Origin: Intoshia linei
Taxonomy: Eukaryota; Animalia; Orthonectida
Length of the DNA: 36,306 bases
Direction: 5' to 3'
NCBI GenBank assembly: GCA_001642005.1
Contig: LWCA01000261.1
Span: 1 to 36,306 of the forward strand
Shown piece after piece: positions 14,070-27,128 of the stretch (positions are counted from its first letter, which is position 1; every line of letters starts with the position of its first letter). The position numbers were made by a program, and so were the translations under genes. Under the pieces are notes generated by a model. That model saw only the letters and a list, made by a program, of their open reading frames with translations. It made no database searches and was not told the origin of the DNA.

Positions 14070-15060
14070 ATCCTTACTTACTTATATAACTTATATAATA
14101 TAATATTACTTATATAAAGTAATTTAGTTAAAAATGTAAAATCTTGTATGAAAATATGTTTTGTGTTCCAGTTTATCTAAAACAGTAAGAGGAGTCTTAC
14201 TTAATCAATTTAAAAATTCCATATTTCTATTAGTTTTTCGAGAGTGATGTTTTATCGCAAATTTCATTTTCAGAAATTGAGTCCTTCAAGGTCAAAAACC
14301 CCAATTGTCTTTTTTTTTAAATTCAAACCAGTCCTAGAATTATAAAAAATATTCAATCTGATCAAGACTTTAAAATTATCAACATTATAATTATTTTAAA
14401 TTTAAAAATCTCATATCTTCACGACCAAAACCACAAATTACCTTTATTAGTAAAAATTAAAAAAGTCCAAGAATTTTATACAACATAAATTCGGGATAGT
14501 TTTTTAAATCATAAGCATTAATCGATAAAACGTTCAATTTCACGATCAAAACCACAGATTACCCTTTTTTTTAAATTAAAAAAGATTTATCATTTAAAAA
14601 TATTTACAGTTGATACAGTTATATGCAGTTAACACAGACAAAAAATTCAATTTGATAAAGTGACGCCTTCTTTATTCTGATACAACTTATTACTCACTTT
14701 TTAATTTTTAATTTGAATCCAACATTTAAAAAATATTGGTTGATAATATATTAAAAAATTATTTTTCACCAGGAATGCGTAGATTTCTGGGGTTGCAAAT
14801 TTGTATTTATACAACTGGATAAGCTCTATCTGAATAATCCTTTTTTTTAATTTGCTGACAGTTTAATTATTTCAATTTTTTTGTTTCAATAAAATATTTC
14901 GAAATACAAAAAATAAATACTAAAGTGTTTTTTTGACCTCGAAAGCGTCACTTATTCAGATTGAATTTTTTTGTGCGTTAACAGGATACAACTGTACCAT
15001 GTGTAATTTTTTTAAAATTCTAGGGCTGTTTATATTTTTAAAAAAAAAAAATCTGAGTTT
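14070..15060. repeat. Multi-copy repeat family (copies ~21090-21727, ~26150-26783, partial ~7469-7680), possibly Helitron-like
   Basis: The block aaaaatattggttgataatatattaaaaattatttttcacc.ggaat.cgtagat...cacttattc.gatt...ctagggctgttt is present three times. One end reads TCCT(T)ACTTATATAA...tgtctgtgtgt, resembling non-autonomous Helitron 5' ends. Confidence 0.65.
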
Positions 15061-16581
15061 AATCTGTCTAAGTAGACACCCCATTAAAATCATAGTTTTC
15101 TCAGTTCCTTCAATTTTTTGCCTTAAATTTTCTTTTTTTCGTTCAAAAATCTGAACCTATCGTAAACATTTTCAGTACACACACCAAAATATAATAATGA
15201 AATATATTAATAATTAATATTATTTAAAAACGAAGCAAAGGGTATAATTATAGAAACGAATATTAAAGTAATTTAATTAAATATAGTTTCAATTTTTCAT
15301 TAATATTTTTATATGAGAATGTTAAAAGGGTATGCGCAATTCGAATAGGCATTTGTTTTTAAAATAAATACACCAAACCAACACTAGACACCAAAGAAAT
15401 TCCCAAATTTTCCAAAAAATGTGACACCCTAATGCACAATGAGCGATTTTATAGTGCATAGTGAAATTAAAATGAGCCCAAATACTACTAAAAATAAACA
15501 AAAAATATTGATTTAATAGTTGAAATAATGAATAGAAAATGAGTCCAAATAAAATTATAGAAATAAAACAATAACTGTTTTAGTATTCATTTGAATTTGA
15601 GTCACAAAATATATAAAACAAGTCATATAACTTATTTACTCATACAAATTTTCAACTAGAAACCAATCCCATATAATTCATATTCCTATCCATGAAAGAA
15701 CAACAACTACAGTAAAAAATACCGTACATTGAAAAATGTAAAATTTAAGCGTTAAAAAAACTATATCAACTTGAAAACAAATGAAACTTTCATGTACACT
15801 AAAATAATATCCATTTAAAGTGTAAATGTGTAAAATTTACACAAAACAATTTGTAGAATAAAATGTATAAATAAAAAATTTTAAACAATAAACCATATTG
15901 ATAGAATTTGCAGTTGATAAAAATTTACCTTGAAAATTGTTAGAATCCACTGGCATATTGATTCATTAATAAGAAATCAAGTTTGAATATTCAGATCGGT
16001 AGCTGTGAGTGCTTAGTTGAACATTTCAAGTTTTTTATAAATTTAGACACAATTAATGTTTTGTGTAATGTCAACAATATTTTCAATCTAATAGAGCCAT
16101 TATATTGTTTTCGATATCAATCGACATATCTACAACAACTAGAAAGAGCCACATAGACCCAAATAAGCAAAGATTGGATTCTATAATTGAATTTGTTCTA
16201 ATATAAAACATGTATCTATCCATTACATGCAGATTATTGAGATACATTAAACGACTGAGATATACATAATCAAAACAGATGCTAAAATGTTTATATTTTT
16301 CAAAAAAACTACATGGAAATATATTAACTTATTAATGATCCGTTTGTGAGATAATTGCGTATTTAGAGTTTTTTAACTTCTTAACGAGTTCATATTTTCA
16401 TCAGACAATGTTGACATTTTTTGGATAAATTGTTCAACTTTTGATACATTTTTACACTTCATAATTTAAATGTTTTTGCAATATATTCTGTAGTTTAAGT
16501 AAACATACTTTTATTTTTTGTATCCATGTCTTTAGCGCATTATTCAAATATTTAAATTTGGAATAAATAAATTTAAATTAA

Positions 16582-19500
16582 ATGCCTAGAATTAATTCTG
16601 ACCACGTCAAGTTATTTAAAAATAGTGGGAAAAGTTTGGTAATTTTTTTGCCACAATTTTTAAATTTTCATCAGGATGTTCGAAAAAGACGGTTAGAAAG
16701 GAGTGTTGAACTGCGTAAACAAAAACGTGATGAACAATTATCGAAACGAAGACAAATTGACGAAAGTGTGTCTAATGATAGTTTATCCGACGTGTCTATT
16801 GTGTCCAGCGAAAAAGTGATTGATTCTATATTTATTTGATAAATAACTAATGCACTGTAAAATTAAGCACAAAGTAAAATTTACACAGTACTGAATCAAA
16901 GTCTAGATGACAATTAATTAATTATATTTACCAGGATGGAATTCAAGCTATAGAAAAATTGTTAATGTCAAATTCTGAAAAAAAAATTTCACAAGGAGCG
17001 CAACTATCACGCCAAATATTGTCCAAAGTAGAATCACCTCTAATACAAGAATTTATAGATCGAGGAATAATGCTTAAATTGGTATCTTTATTGGAATACA
17101 ACAAGTATGTGATTGTAAAAATGTTGATTTCATCTTATTTTAATTAGTGAAACGGTACAGTTTGAATCTGCTTGGGCCTTGACCAATATTGCATCAGGAA
17201 ATTCTGAACAAACACAATGTGTTGTGAAAGCTGGAGCATTGACAAAATTGATAAACCTGTTAAAATCAAACAATATGATTTTATGTGAACAAGCTATCTG
17301 GGCAATTGGAAATATTTCTGGAGACGGCTCTCAAATGCGAGATTTAGTTATTAATTTAGATGTCATTTCTTACTTTGAAAACTTTACTACTAAAAAAATG
17401 TCACTAACCTTTTGTAGAACTTTAAGTTGGGCATTATCAAATTTGTGTCGAAATAAAAATCCTTTTCCACCTGAATGGGCTGTCAAAAAATTGATAAATT
17501 TGATGCACACATTAATTGAAATTAATGATTCCAATGTGCATGGTGATATTTGCTGGGCTGTATCATATTTGACTGATGGACCTGATGAGCGTATTAAGGT
17601 TGTTATGTCTAGTGGTAACTTTTATAATTTAGTCAGTGCCGAGCTTAGCATATTCGAAGCCCCTCTTGGGTGCCTTCATCAAAATCTATTTAAAATTTTT
17701 GTAAAAATGGGCCTCATTTTTCCAACTCGAACAATAACTATTTTCTTTAATATTAATTATTTTGTGTGATAAATTTAAAATGTCACGATCGATAGTCTTG
17801 GAGATGTTGCTAGGGGTTATTTTACATTTTCGGTGGCTCGAGGTTTGTAGGTTGGGCTCGCAATCTAGTTAATAACTGTACAACTAATAAGTGATTCCAA
17901 CCATTGTAGTTGTATTTTGGTAATCCTTTCATCAAATTCGACTGAACCGTATTTTATATTCCGTATATACCGTTTTTATATTCTCAGTCGATGCCTTTTT
18001 TAGACTTAAAACATTTTACGACCCTTTAAATTTGTATTAAAACATGTCTGCGAGAATAATGGTGTCATATAAGATTTTTTGTTGGTTTTTTCATTTCAAA
18101 TCTTACCGTCCCTGATTTGGAACCTAATTCAGCCACTCTGATACCTGTTCAGTCGCGTAACCTTATTTTCAAATTATCTTGGTTTGTAATATTTAAAATC
18201 AAACCAAATTCCCCCTGGTCTGATATTGAATTCTTGTATATTTTAATTATATTGTATACTAAAATGGAGGGGTGATTCATTTCAATCACAAATTATGATA
18301 GGGATCCGTTAAAACTTGATTATAATTATGACAAACTTTAGGGTTCCTAGGAAAATATTTTTCAATTTGTAAAGCCTAGGCTTAAATGGGTGATTTCATA
18401 GATGGTTGGAAGTCACTTCTCTAATATATTTAATTTTTTATATTTGTAACATCGTTAGGGTTAATACCTAAAATTGTTAATTTGTTCAATCATTACAACA
18501 TTCTTTCAATTTTGACACCAATTATTCGAGTTGTAGGAAATATTGTTTCTGGCAATGACGAGCATACAAGAGTAATTAATAATTTAATATTTATGTAATA
18601 TTTTTCATTATAGATGATTTTGAATTATAATATTTTGTCTAAATTTCCAAATATTTTACGAGATCATAACAAATCTCTTAGTAAAGAGTTGATGTGGACA
18701 GTTTCTAATATTGCAGCCGGTAAACCTGACCAAATCGAGCAAATTATTATTTCCAAATTAACTAAACCTATAATAAAATGCTTTAAAAATGTAATTTTTT
18801 TAAATTGAATTAAATCGGAACTGTTGTGAAAAGCTACCACTTTTTTCAAAATTTAAAATGTTCAGTTTTCCTATTAAAACGAATTTTATCTAGGCAAAAA
18901 GTAAATTTTCGACCAAAAAACCGAACCATGGGCTCTGAATACAATTTGAAAAAAAATTTTTTTCATTAAAATACCTTTTTAACGATTAAATTGTGTTTTA
19001 TATATATTACATCTATAAAAAATGAATAATTTTCTGGTACCACAAATCGCCCACCATTGTTTATTATTAATTAAAAACGTATCAACTAGAAAATCTATGT
19101 AATACGTTTTAGATGAAGTGAAGGATTCGCAGACTCTAATTTCTTAATGAAAAATTTGTATTTAACTTGCTTTTTTAGTTAATTTTTCTCAGGTTCCCTC
19201 AAAGTTTTTTCAGTCTCAACGTTCTGATTGGTGATATAAATCAATAATCCCGAAGATAAGTATATCAATTGTACTCTTTTTCTATTTATTATACCTACAA
19301 CGTGTAAGATGTACTATTATTTCAGAATGATTACTGAAATTAAATCTCATTTGACTAATCAGTTAGAAACTATGTATTTACCCTACTCTTGAAGTTTAGG
19401 TAAATAAATTTCGAATTTTGGTATAATAATTAGTAAACTTTAAGAGGAACAGTGAGTATTTATGAAACAATTAATTTTGCGTCAATTGAACCTTGATTAA

Positions 19501-20502
19501 ACCTCGTGTTTTACATTCTTGCTTATTTTAGGGAAATTATAGAACAAAAAACGAATGTATTTGGATAATAAATAACATTAGTACATGTGGAACCATCGCT
19601 CAATTGCAAAAGTTTATTGATCGAGGGGTTTTATATTCTCTCAAATCTTGCTTTGAAATTGCTGATGACACAATGACTCTATTGCTTATTGATACAATTT
19701 ATGCTCTTTTAAAGGTACATATATTTAAAAACATTTATTTACATGAGTATTTTATGCGTATTTGTTTTATTGGGGCATCAGGTGTCCATTTTTTTTCTAC
19801 TGACTACTATATTATTTTATTATTGAAATTTATCTTTGAAATGGGTCACTACGAAAACGTTTGGTTACTTTGATCTAAATATTGTTTATAAATTAAAATT
19901 TAATAAAAATGTCTATTTATAGAACTGTAGTGCTAATAATTTTTTAAATGAAATATGTTTGATGGTCGAAGAAAGTGGTTTACTCGATTTGATAGAGGAT
20001 TTGCAACATTCTGAACACCCAGATATTTATAAATCCGTCTTAAAACTAATTCAAAGTTTTTTCTATGTAAGTTATATTAATTTATTATTTTATACTGTAG
20101 ACAAATATATATATTTTATTTTAACTCAGTGAAATTTTTTAAATTCAGTCAATACTTTTTTCTAAAAAGAGTAAATATTATTGCAATGATCTCATTTTAG
20201 TTCTTCAAAGTAACATTTTTGGTAGTAAATACTGATTTTGTATTTATATCAATTTTCTGAGAAATTGAGAAAGCTTTTAATCATTTATTAAATTTAATTT
20301 TCTAAATTAGTATAATAGTAGTTCACTACTATTACACCATTATATTATAATTTTAAATTATTGATGTAATTATTTTTCAAAATATAAATTACTAATTAAT
20401 TATAATTATATAATGACATCAAAATTAGAATTATAAATATTAGTTTCGTGCGCAAATTTGTATTACACATTAAAATATAATATTTAGGAAGAATCAGACT
20501 AA
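16582..20502 (+). CDS. KPNA2: Importin subunit alpha (alpha-2/KPNA2/pendulin-like), about 9 exons
   Basis: IBB domain ([27 protein letters not shown]) and ARM repeats ([78 protein letters not shown]), ending [23 protein letters not shown]...FFY|EESD*. The NLCRNKNP motif points to the alpha-2 clade. Confidence 0.92.
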
Positions 20503-21089
20503 ATATGATGTTATTTAATTAATTTATTCAAAGTATACTTGTCTTTATAGTTGTAATAAATTTCTACTAGTTTGCTAATTTAAATAGGTTGCAAACCACA
20601 AATATCTTCTAGGCCGTACGCGGCTCGCGATTGATTTATGTGGAAATTAATTAGGTTTAGTCTAAAAACTGGGATCTCATCGGATAAGTGAATAGAATAA
20701 TTGTCAAGTCATAAATAGTGTAAATTCCAGCAAAATAAAATTATAAAAACCTATTGTCATTTTTCAATGTGATATATATTCAGAACCAATTTAATAAATA
20801 CTTAAAAATACCAATTGTGTATGAATAATTAATTTTACCATTATTGCAAAGGATTGTAATATAAAAATGTGTCCATACTTTTGGCCTTTTTCCTGTGAAT
20901 GTTACTTTTCTTTTTAGCATTTTCAAATTAAGTTAGTATCAAAACTTTTATAAATTCGTTACCGTAGATGTTGTTCAAAATGTTTGGAAAATGAAAATTT
21001 AAAAATTGCGTAGCAATGAAAAAAATTCCGAAGGAAGAATTATATAGATTTTCACCCATATTACTTTATTTGAAATGTTTAGGCGTACA

Positions 21090-21727
21090 ATCCACATTTT
21101 TTTTTTGAAATTGTAGGATCAATATTTACATTTTTTATTTTAATCGAAATATTTGAAAAATATTGGTTGATAATATATTAAAAATTATTTTTCACCGGGA
21201 ATTCGTAGATTTCTGGGGTACAAATTTTGTATTTATATCAACTGGAAGAAGCTCTATCAGATAAATCCTTTTTTTAATTTTTGACCGTTAATTATTTCAC
21301 ATTTTTGGTTTTAATAAAATATTTCGGAAAAAAAATATATGAATACTAGAATGCTTTTTTGACCATGAAGTCGTCACTTATTCAGATTAAAATTTTTTAT
21401 GTGTGTTAACATGATACAACTCTACCACCTGTAAATTTTTTGAAATTCTAGGGCTGTTTTCAAAAAAAAGGAAGGATAATTTGGGGTTTTGGCCCTGAAG
21501 ATATAATTTTTTTAAATTTTCCAACTTGTTTGATTTTCAAAAAGAGGGACAACAAGGGTTATTGACCCTTAAGATGTGAAATTAGGAGGTTGAAATTTAT
21601 CTTATTATACGTCCCGGAAAAAACTGTAATTGAAATGTTATCTTTAAAAAATTTTAAAAATGCTAGTTATTTTAATAAAGTAGGACACACAAACAAAAAT
21701 CGCGTTGCCTTTTATATAAGGTAGGAT
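21090..21727. repeat. Copy of the repeat family at 14070-15060 and 26150-26783
   Basis: Long near-identical alignment with 26150-26783; ends in tatataaggtaggat. Confidence 0.8.
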
Positions 21728-21779
21728 GTTTACAATTCAATTGTTAACATAGTCTCACAATGTCTCACAAACTCCTTAC

Positions 21780-21905
21780 AAAAACAATGAATATTTATAA
21801 AAAAATTGATGGCTCTTTTATTGAAAGAAAAATAAATTCGAACAATATAAGTGTTTGTACTGATGGTTCACCAGCTATGCTTGGGTCAAAAACTGGGTTT
21901 CAGGT
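21780..21905 (+). pseudogene. hAT transposase fragment (ZBED5/SCAND3/GTF2IRD2 type)
   Basis: Reads ISVCTDGSPAMLGSKTGFQ, the conserved xCTDGAxAMxG motif of this hAT group. The surrounding frame is broken. Confidence 0.75.
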
Positions 21906-22580
21906 TGTAATATAGTATTATAAAATCAAAGAATGAGAAACTTTTAATTTAAATAATTAAGTTAACACGTGAATAGACAATAAAGTTACAAATATAATAT
22001 AACTTTCTTGAATGACAACAGAATAGAGAATGTACAATGTATGTAAATGAATAGCAATGCTGCACAAGTAAATATCAAAAAAGTTCCTGGTGTTAAAGTT
22101 TATAATTATACACCAAATCACAACTACCCTTGAGAATGAATGAATCAACTACAGTCTGTTAGTATTTAGTTAAATGACAGTAGATTAAAAATATAGAATA
22201 TATACATAAAAAAATATGCGGCCCGTAGGTTACCCATCTTTGATTTAAAGGAGTGGTTCCCAAACTTGTCAATTTGTTATAAGTTGACTTGGAATCAAAA
22301 TAATTTTCAGGAAGACACAAAAAATGCCATTTTGTAGAACGGTTGAATTTACCCTAAGCAAAATTTTTTTATTTTATAGTTTAGAAAAATTTAAATTCTA
22401 AACTAAATGTTAATTATATTGTCAAAAATTCGAAATTTGTTACAAACTACCATTACAGGTGATTAAAAAAATGTAAGTTTCAGTTTTACGAATAAATAGT
22501 TTAATTATTATCAATTTTTGTTTTATTAGCGTCGTTATTCATCTGACGTATTTATAATTTCTTACAGTGCTCTTTAGTCC

Positions 22581-23105
22581 TTATTTTTCTGTTCTTCTTT
22601 TTTTTCTTTTGATAGTGAATCGGGGTACATACCTCTGACTTACACAATTTTGAGTGGGTTTAACTTTTGATAGATGATGCGATTGTGGAATGAATTTATT
22701 TTTCGGCATGTACTTCGATTTTTGAATGTATTTATTATTCAGCATGCACTCCGATGGTTTAATGTATTTACTTTTCGGCGTGTACTTCGATTTTTGAATG
22801 TATTTATTTTTCGGCATGCACTCCGATGGTTTAATATATCTACTTTTCGGCGTGTACTCCGATGGTTTAATGTATCTACTTTTCGGCGTGTACTTCGATT
22901 TTTGAATGTATTTATTTTTCGGCGTGTACTCCGATGGTTTAATGTATCTACTTTTCGGCATGTACTTTGATTGTTCACAGAAGTTATCTTCCGATAAATA
23001 ATTCGATTGAGCGTATTCACAGTCCGATTGTGGAAATGAGTCATCTTCCGGTGAAGAATCCGATTGTTGATGTGATAAATTGATATCGTTAATATGTTCG
23101 AACAT
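22581..23105 (-). CDS. Orphan 174-aa protein: acidic N-terminus, eight 12-aa Tyr/Lys/Pro repeats, basic C-terminal NLS-like tail
   Basis: Single ORF from ATG 23105 to TAA 22581 that stays open in non-repetitive sequence on both sides of the repeat. Repeats are KYTPKSRYIKPS / EYTPKNKYIQKS; the tail is KRKKRR. Confidence 0.6.
   Translation of the reverse strand: MFEHINDINLSHQQSDSSPEDDSFPQSDCEYAQSNYLSEDNFCEQSKYMPKSRYIKPSEYTPKNKYIQKSKYTPKSRYIKPSEYTPKSRYIKPSECMPKNKYIQKSKYTPKSKYIKPSECMLNNKYIQKSKYMPKNKFIPQSHHLSKVKPTQNCVSQRYVPRFTIKRKKRRTEK
22680..22968. repeat. Tandem minisatellite, 36-bp unit built from 18-bp sub-units, about 8 copies
   Basis: Units such as ttttcggcgtgtactccgatggtttaatgtatctac and ttttcggcgtgtacttcgatttttgaatgtatttat alternate. 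Confidence 0.9.
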
Positions 23106-23334
23106 TATTTAAACTCTTCAGAACTTCTGACCAGTGTATATGTAGTTTAATCTCGGTTTGTAATACAAACTTTGTATTAAATTTTATTTAAATCAAAATT
23201 ATTATTATTAATAATTATTAGTTAGGTAATTACAACGAATAATGGCTTTGAATTTAAGGGATACGAAAGGGCATTATAAAATATAGTTAAATACGTTTTG
23301 GCTTAATAACAATGTTTGTTGACAGAACAGTTAA

Positions 23335-24397
23335 CCCTTAGACACCAAAATGTCTTGTGTGAGATTAAAAATGACAAGATAAATAAAATAGACGTACAAA
23401 ATGATATTTCAATCTTAGGCATTAGACTATAAACACACCAATTATCTATTATATTTATAATTTTTGGATTCGCATGAAATAATATAAATTGAAGACGTGC
23501 TATTTTGGCTAGTAAATTTAATTGCTTGTTTCAAATATTTAAGTGTCAACATTCCATTTGAATACTTTTTGTTATTGTCGGTTAGTTTGAAATGACTGAT
23601 AAATTACACTGTCCGACAAAATTGACGTTTTTTTTGATCTGGATCACATTATAATAGTATTATAGATAATTTCAGGGTGAACAAAATGATATAACTCTTG
23701 TATGAATCGCTCAACTTTTTGAAATAATCAGGTAATAGCTTTGTTTCTATAGGCAAACTAATAATTTAATTATTTTTACAAGTGCCTTAATTACACTAAT
23801 ATTAATATAGTGTTAAAATATATTTACGCTACCAAGGTTAAAAATATGAAAATCTTCCTGCAAATATAGAGGTTTTATAAAAAAGGGATGGAGTCCTAAA
23901 AAGTACTGATCCCTAATTTTGATCTTGACGTCTTTTTCGCTATCTAAATAAACTTTTAAATTCAGAAATATAATTCCATTCCATTGCAAGATTCTTGAAT
24001 CGCTCATTTTTTTAATTAATTCACCGTTGAAGTTACATATAAATATTTAATTTAATTTTTACAAAAATATATAAAATACATATTATATTTAAAATGTATT
24101 TTTCCGTGTACCGACGCTCAAAAACATTCAAAATTTGATGGAAACGCTCCCCATACTCGTCTGACCATTTAATGCAATCTTTTGCAAAGTAATCCATCTA
24201 GTCAAGAGGCTCGATACGCATACCTACTAACATGTAAAAAAAACAATCAAAGTGTATAAGGCAGTGACTACCAACGTGGAGCGTGCACCAAACAGGTTGG
24301 GCTTTAAAAATTTTAGAAAACAAAATAATTTATTAGTTATCAATTTTTATTAAAATTTACATATATTTTTAGAGGTTGGGAAACACTGGTCTAAGGG
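23335..24397. mobile_element. Degenerate piggyBac-like element
   Basis: TTAA|CCCTTAGACACC at 23331 and GTCTAAGGG|TTAA ending 24401 give a TTAA TSD and CCCT-type TIRs. The interior has broken minus-strand frames. Confidence 0.7.
24262..24388. mobile_element. 127-bp hAT MITE nested in the piggyBac right TIR
   Basis: TIRs CAGTGACTACCAAC / GTTGGGAAACACTG; 8-bp TSD GTATAAGG / GTCTAAGG (7 of 8 match). Confidence 0.7.
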
Positions 24398-24848
24398 TTA
24401 ATAAGAATATTAAATTGTACTATTTATTATTTTACAATATTTAATCTGTTTTAAATTTAAATTTGTTGATTTATTATTGAATATGAGAAGGTTAAATTTT
24501 TCTATGTGGCTGAATCAAAATAACCTGGAAACACAGAATAATAATTTTGTAAAAATGTATACCTTATGGCAGTGGTGGCCAGCTTAATTAACTCGCGGGC
24601 CACAATGTTTATAAAAGTCATTTATGTTGAAATATTTTATAGCTCAACAAAAAATGTAGGCGTATTTTGAATTTACGGTAAAATTTAGTACATTGTATTT
24701 ACGAAAGACGTTCGAAATAGCGATCATCATAATAGCAATAGTTAATAACAGCGACTTCAAAATAGCGACTATTACAAAAACTGTTCCATAATAATAATTT
24801 CGTAGGCCTACGTATCGAGCCTTACCTGAATATCAATATATTAATTAC

Positions 24849-25666
24849 TTGAACTCATGTAACAATTGGGAACAGTCCATCTCATCAAAAATTATTTTTT
24901 GATCCTCCAATTTTAACAATTTATTTATAAAAATAAATTTTTTTACAAATTTAAATGCCAATACCTTGCGTGATGGCTTCACAAACTACGCATTTCTAAT
25001 GTTTTTATAAATACATAAACTTGTAAAAGTACCGTTTTATCGAGACGAACGCAATTCATATATACTCCATTATAAAAATTTAAATTTAAAAGGTTATCCA
25101 ATGTGTGAAATGCGCTATGAAGGAAATTAAAATATTACACGTAATATAACCTGGTCACTATTTTGAATGCTTCCATACAACATATAGCTAAATGTGATTT
25201 TAATGATTAAACAATACTTGAAATTTACCTGAAATTGAACAATTTGTAGTAATTACAGCAGGTATAATGTTGGATAATATCTCTAAGGCTTATATATAAT
25301 TGTCAGTTAAAAAATATACCTTGAATTTTATTTGTGTCAACATTATATTCAATATTCCATTTTTTTGCATGCTGGATAGCCTCATTCAATATCCATTTTA
25401 AATGCTTTTCATTAGTTGTAGAAAAATCTTCTAAAATAAAATAATAGTCGACTGAAATACAAAATTACCTTCAAATGGTATTACTTTTTCCCATAATACG
25501 ATTTTAGCGTATAAAACGCAATGGCCAAATGATTTTGGAAAGTTACATATGGTACACACAGGATATGTAACTTTAGAAGAAAATAAGTCTATTGTACATT
25601 CCAAACAAGCAGTTAAACTGGGAAATATTACTCTCACGCTACCCATTAACCCTTCTGTTCCTCCAT
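24849..25666 (-). CDS. UBA3: NEDD8-activating enzyme E1 catalytic subunit UBA3 (internal exons only; 5' exons not in the window)
   Basis: DGGTEGLMGSVRVIFPSLTACLECTIDLF...YPVCTICNFPKSFGHCVLYAK..LW (catalytic Cys), then KHLKWI, NIIPAVITTN, ICCMEAFKIVT and KCVVC. The Arg in GSVRV matches the UBA3 selectivity Arg (Gln in UBA1). Confidence 0.88.
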
Positions 25667-26148
25667 CTATATTTGAAAAATATAAGTATTTTTTAATAAT
25701 AATTAAAATAAGTGCGAATGTTTTTTACTTCTGGAAAGCTGTATATAAATACTATTGTGCATTTATATAAACACTAGTGTACATTCATATATGGACCATT
25801 TTAACTTTTGATTGTATTGCACGGCATTATATAATTAGATTTATAATATTATTTAGGATTGGACTGTTTTTACTTTATTTTTAATATTATACACACATTC
25901 TGTTTAATAAATTAAAAAAATGGGATAACAATTGTTTTTAAAATTCTTTACACAAATAGTACAATAAAATTAAGATGGAAGAATTCACTTTAAAGTTAAA
26001 AGAAATGTGATATGAAGGTTACATCTGAAACAAGTTTGGGAACCACTCCTTTAAAGAGTTAATAATAGTGAATAGTAGGATTTTAAGTTAGATTTTCAAC
26101 GTGAATTTATTTTTTAGTAAAATAAAAATGTGCCCTTGCAGAGCTAGG

Positions 26149-26149
26149 N
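26149..26149. other. Ambiguous base / probable contig join
   Basis: A single n lies between two different repeat families, and the genes on both sides (UBA3, NUF2) are truncated toward it. Confidence 0.7.
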
Positions 26150-26783
26150 TTTAATGCACAATTTTTTTGAAATTGTAGGATCAATATTTACATTTTCAAT
26201 TTTTGGTTTCAATCGAAATATTTGAAAAATATTGGTTGATAATATATTAAAAATTATTTTTCACCGGGAATGCGTAGATGTCTTGGGTAAAATTTTGTAT
26301 TTATATCAACTGAAATAAGCTCTATCAAAAAAATATATGACTACTAAAATGATTTTTTGATCGTGAAAGTGTCACTTATTCGGATTGAAATTTTTTGTGT
26401 CTGTTAACAGGATACAACTGTACCACCTGTAAATTTTTTAAAATTCTAGGGCTGTTTTCATTAAAAAAAGGGTAATTTGGGGTTTTGGCCCCAATTTGAA
26501 GATATATTTTTTTTAAATTTAAATTTATCATAATATTCATGATTTTAAAATCCGTATCAGAAGATATATTTTTTTAAATTCTCCAACTCGTTTGATTTTC
26601 AAAAAAAAAACAATTGGGGTTTTTCACCCATAAGATGTGAGTTTGGGAGGTTGAAATATATTTTGCTAACACTCCGGAAAAAACTGTAATTGAAATGTGG
26701 ACTTCATAAAATTCTAAGACTGGTATTTATTGAAATAAACGGTAACACACACAGACAACAAAGCATATTATATAAGTAAGGAT
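26150..26783. repeat. Copy of the repeat family at 14070-15060 and 21090-21727
   Basis: Near-identical to 21100-21727; ends in tatataagtaaggat. Confidence 0.8.
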
Positions 26784-26925
26784 ATTAATACATGTATTAT
26801 ATGTAGTAAAAATCTTTAAAATCAGTGTTTCTCAATTAAGGGAGAATCGCACCCTAACGACGCGATTTTTCTATAATGTTAATAAAATTAAATTAAAAAA
26901 AATAAAAAAGATAAGAGTTCGTTAA

Positions 26926-27024
26926 CCCTTCGACTTATGTACTAAAAATTTAGAATATTTTAATATTAAATATAATAAAGTTTTTTACTCTGAATGCAAA
27001 TTTGCAATCAGTTTAGCTGAAGGG
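26926..27024. mobile_element. 99-bp piggyBac-type MITE
   Basis: TTAA|CCCTTCGACT ... AGCTGAAGGG|TTAA. Confidence 0.6.
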
Positions 27025-27128
27025 TTAATTATAAATTGGTCTCTAATTTGATAATGAAAACGACTGAGATTACTGTAAATTATAATTGTATGTCAATTGA
27101 TATTAACTACAATTTACTAAAAATATAC

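Noticed and set aside
15929-16463. Possible minus-strand gene head-to-head with importin-alpha (MKCKNVSKVEQFIQKM...)
   Set aside because: I could not build a consistent stop-free spliced frame or recognise a domain; it remains unresolved.
3256-20502. RANBP3-like plus importin-alpha as a functional nuclear-transport cluster
   Set aside because: The genes are 11 kb apart with unrelated genes between them; there is no evidence beyond coincidence.
22674-23044. Minisatellite as a CRISPR array; alternative ORFs 22674-22970 (+) and 22739-23044 (-)
   Set aside because: There are no unique spacers or cas genes and the context is eukaryotic. The alternative frames are open only because the repeat unit lacks stops.
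23813-24007. 64-aa minus-strand ORF as a UBA3 exon or a separate gene
   Set aside because: It lies inside the TTAA-bounded piggyBac-like element and has no UBA3 similarity.
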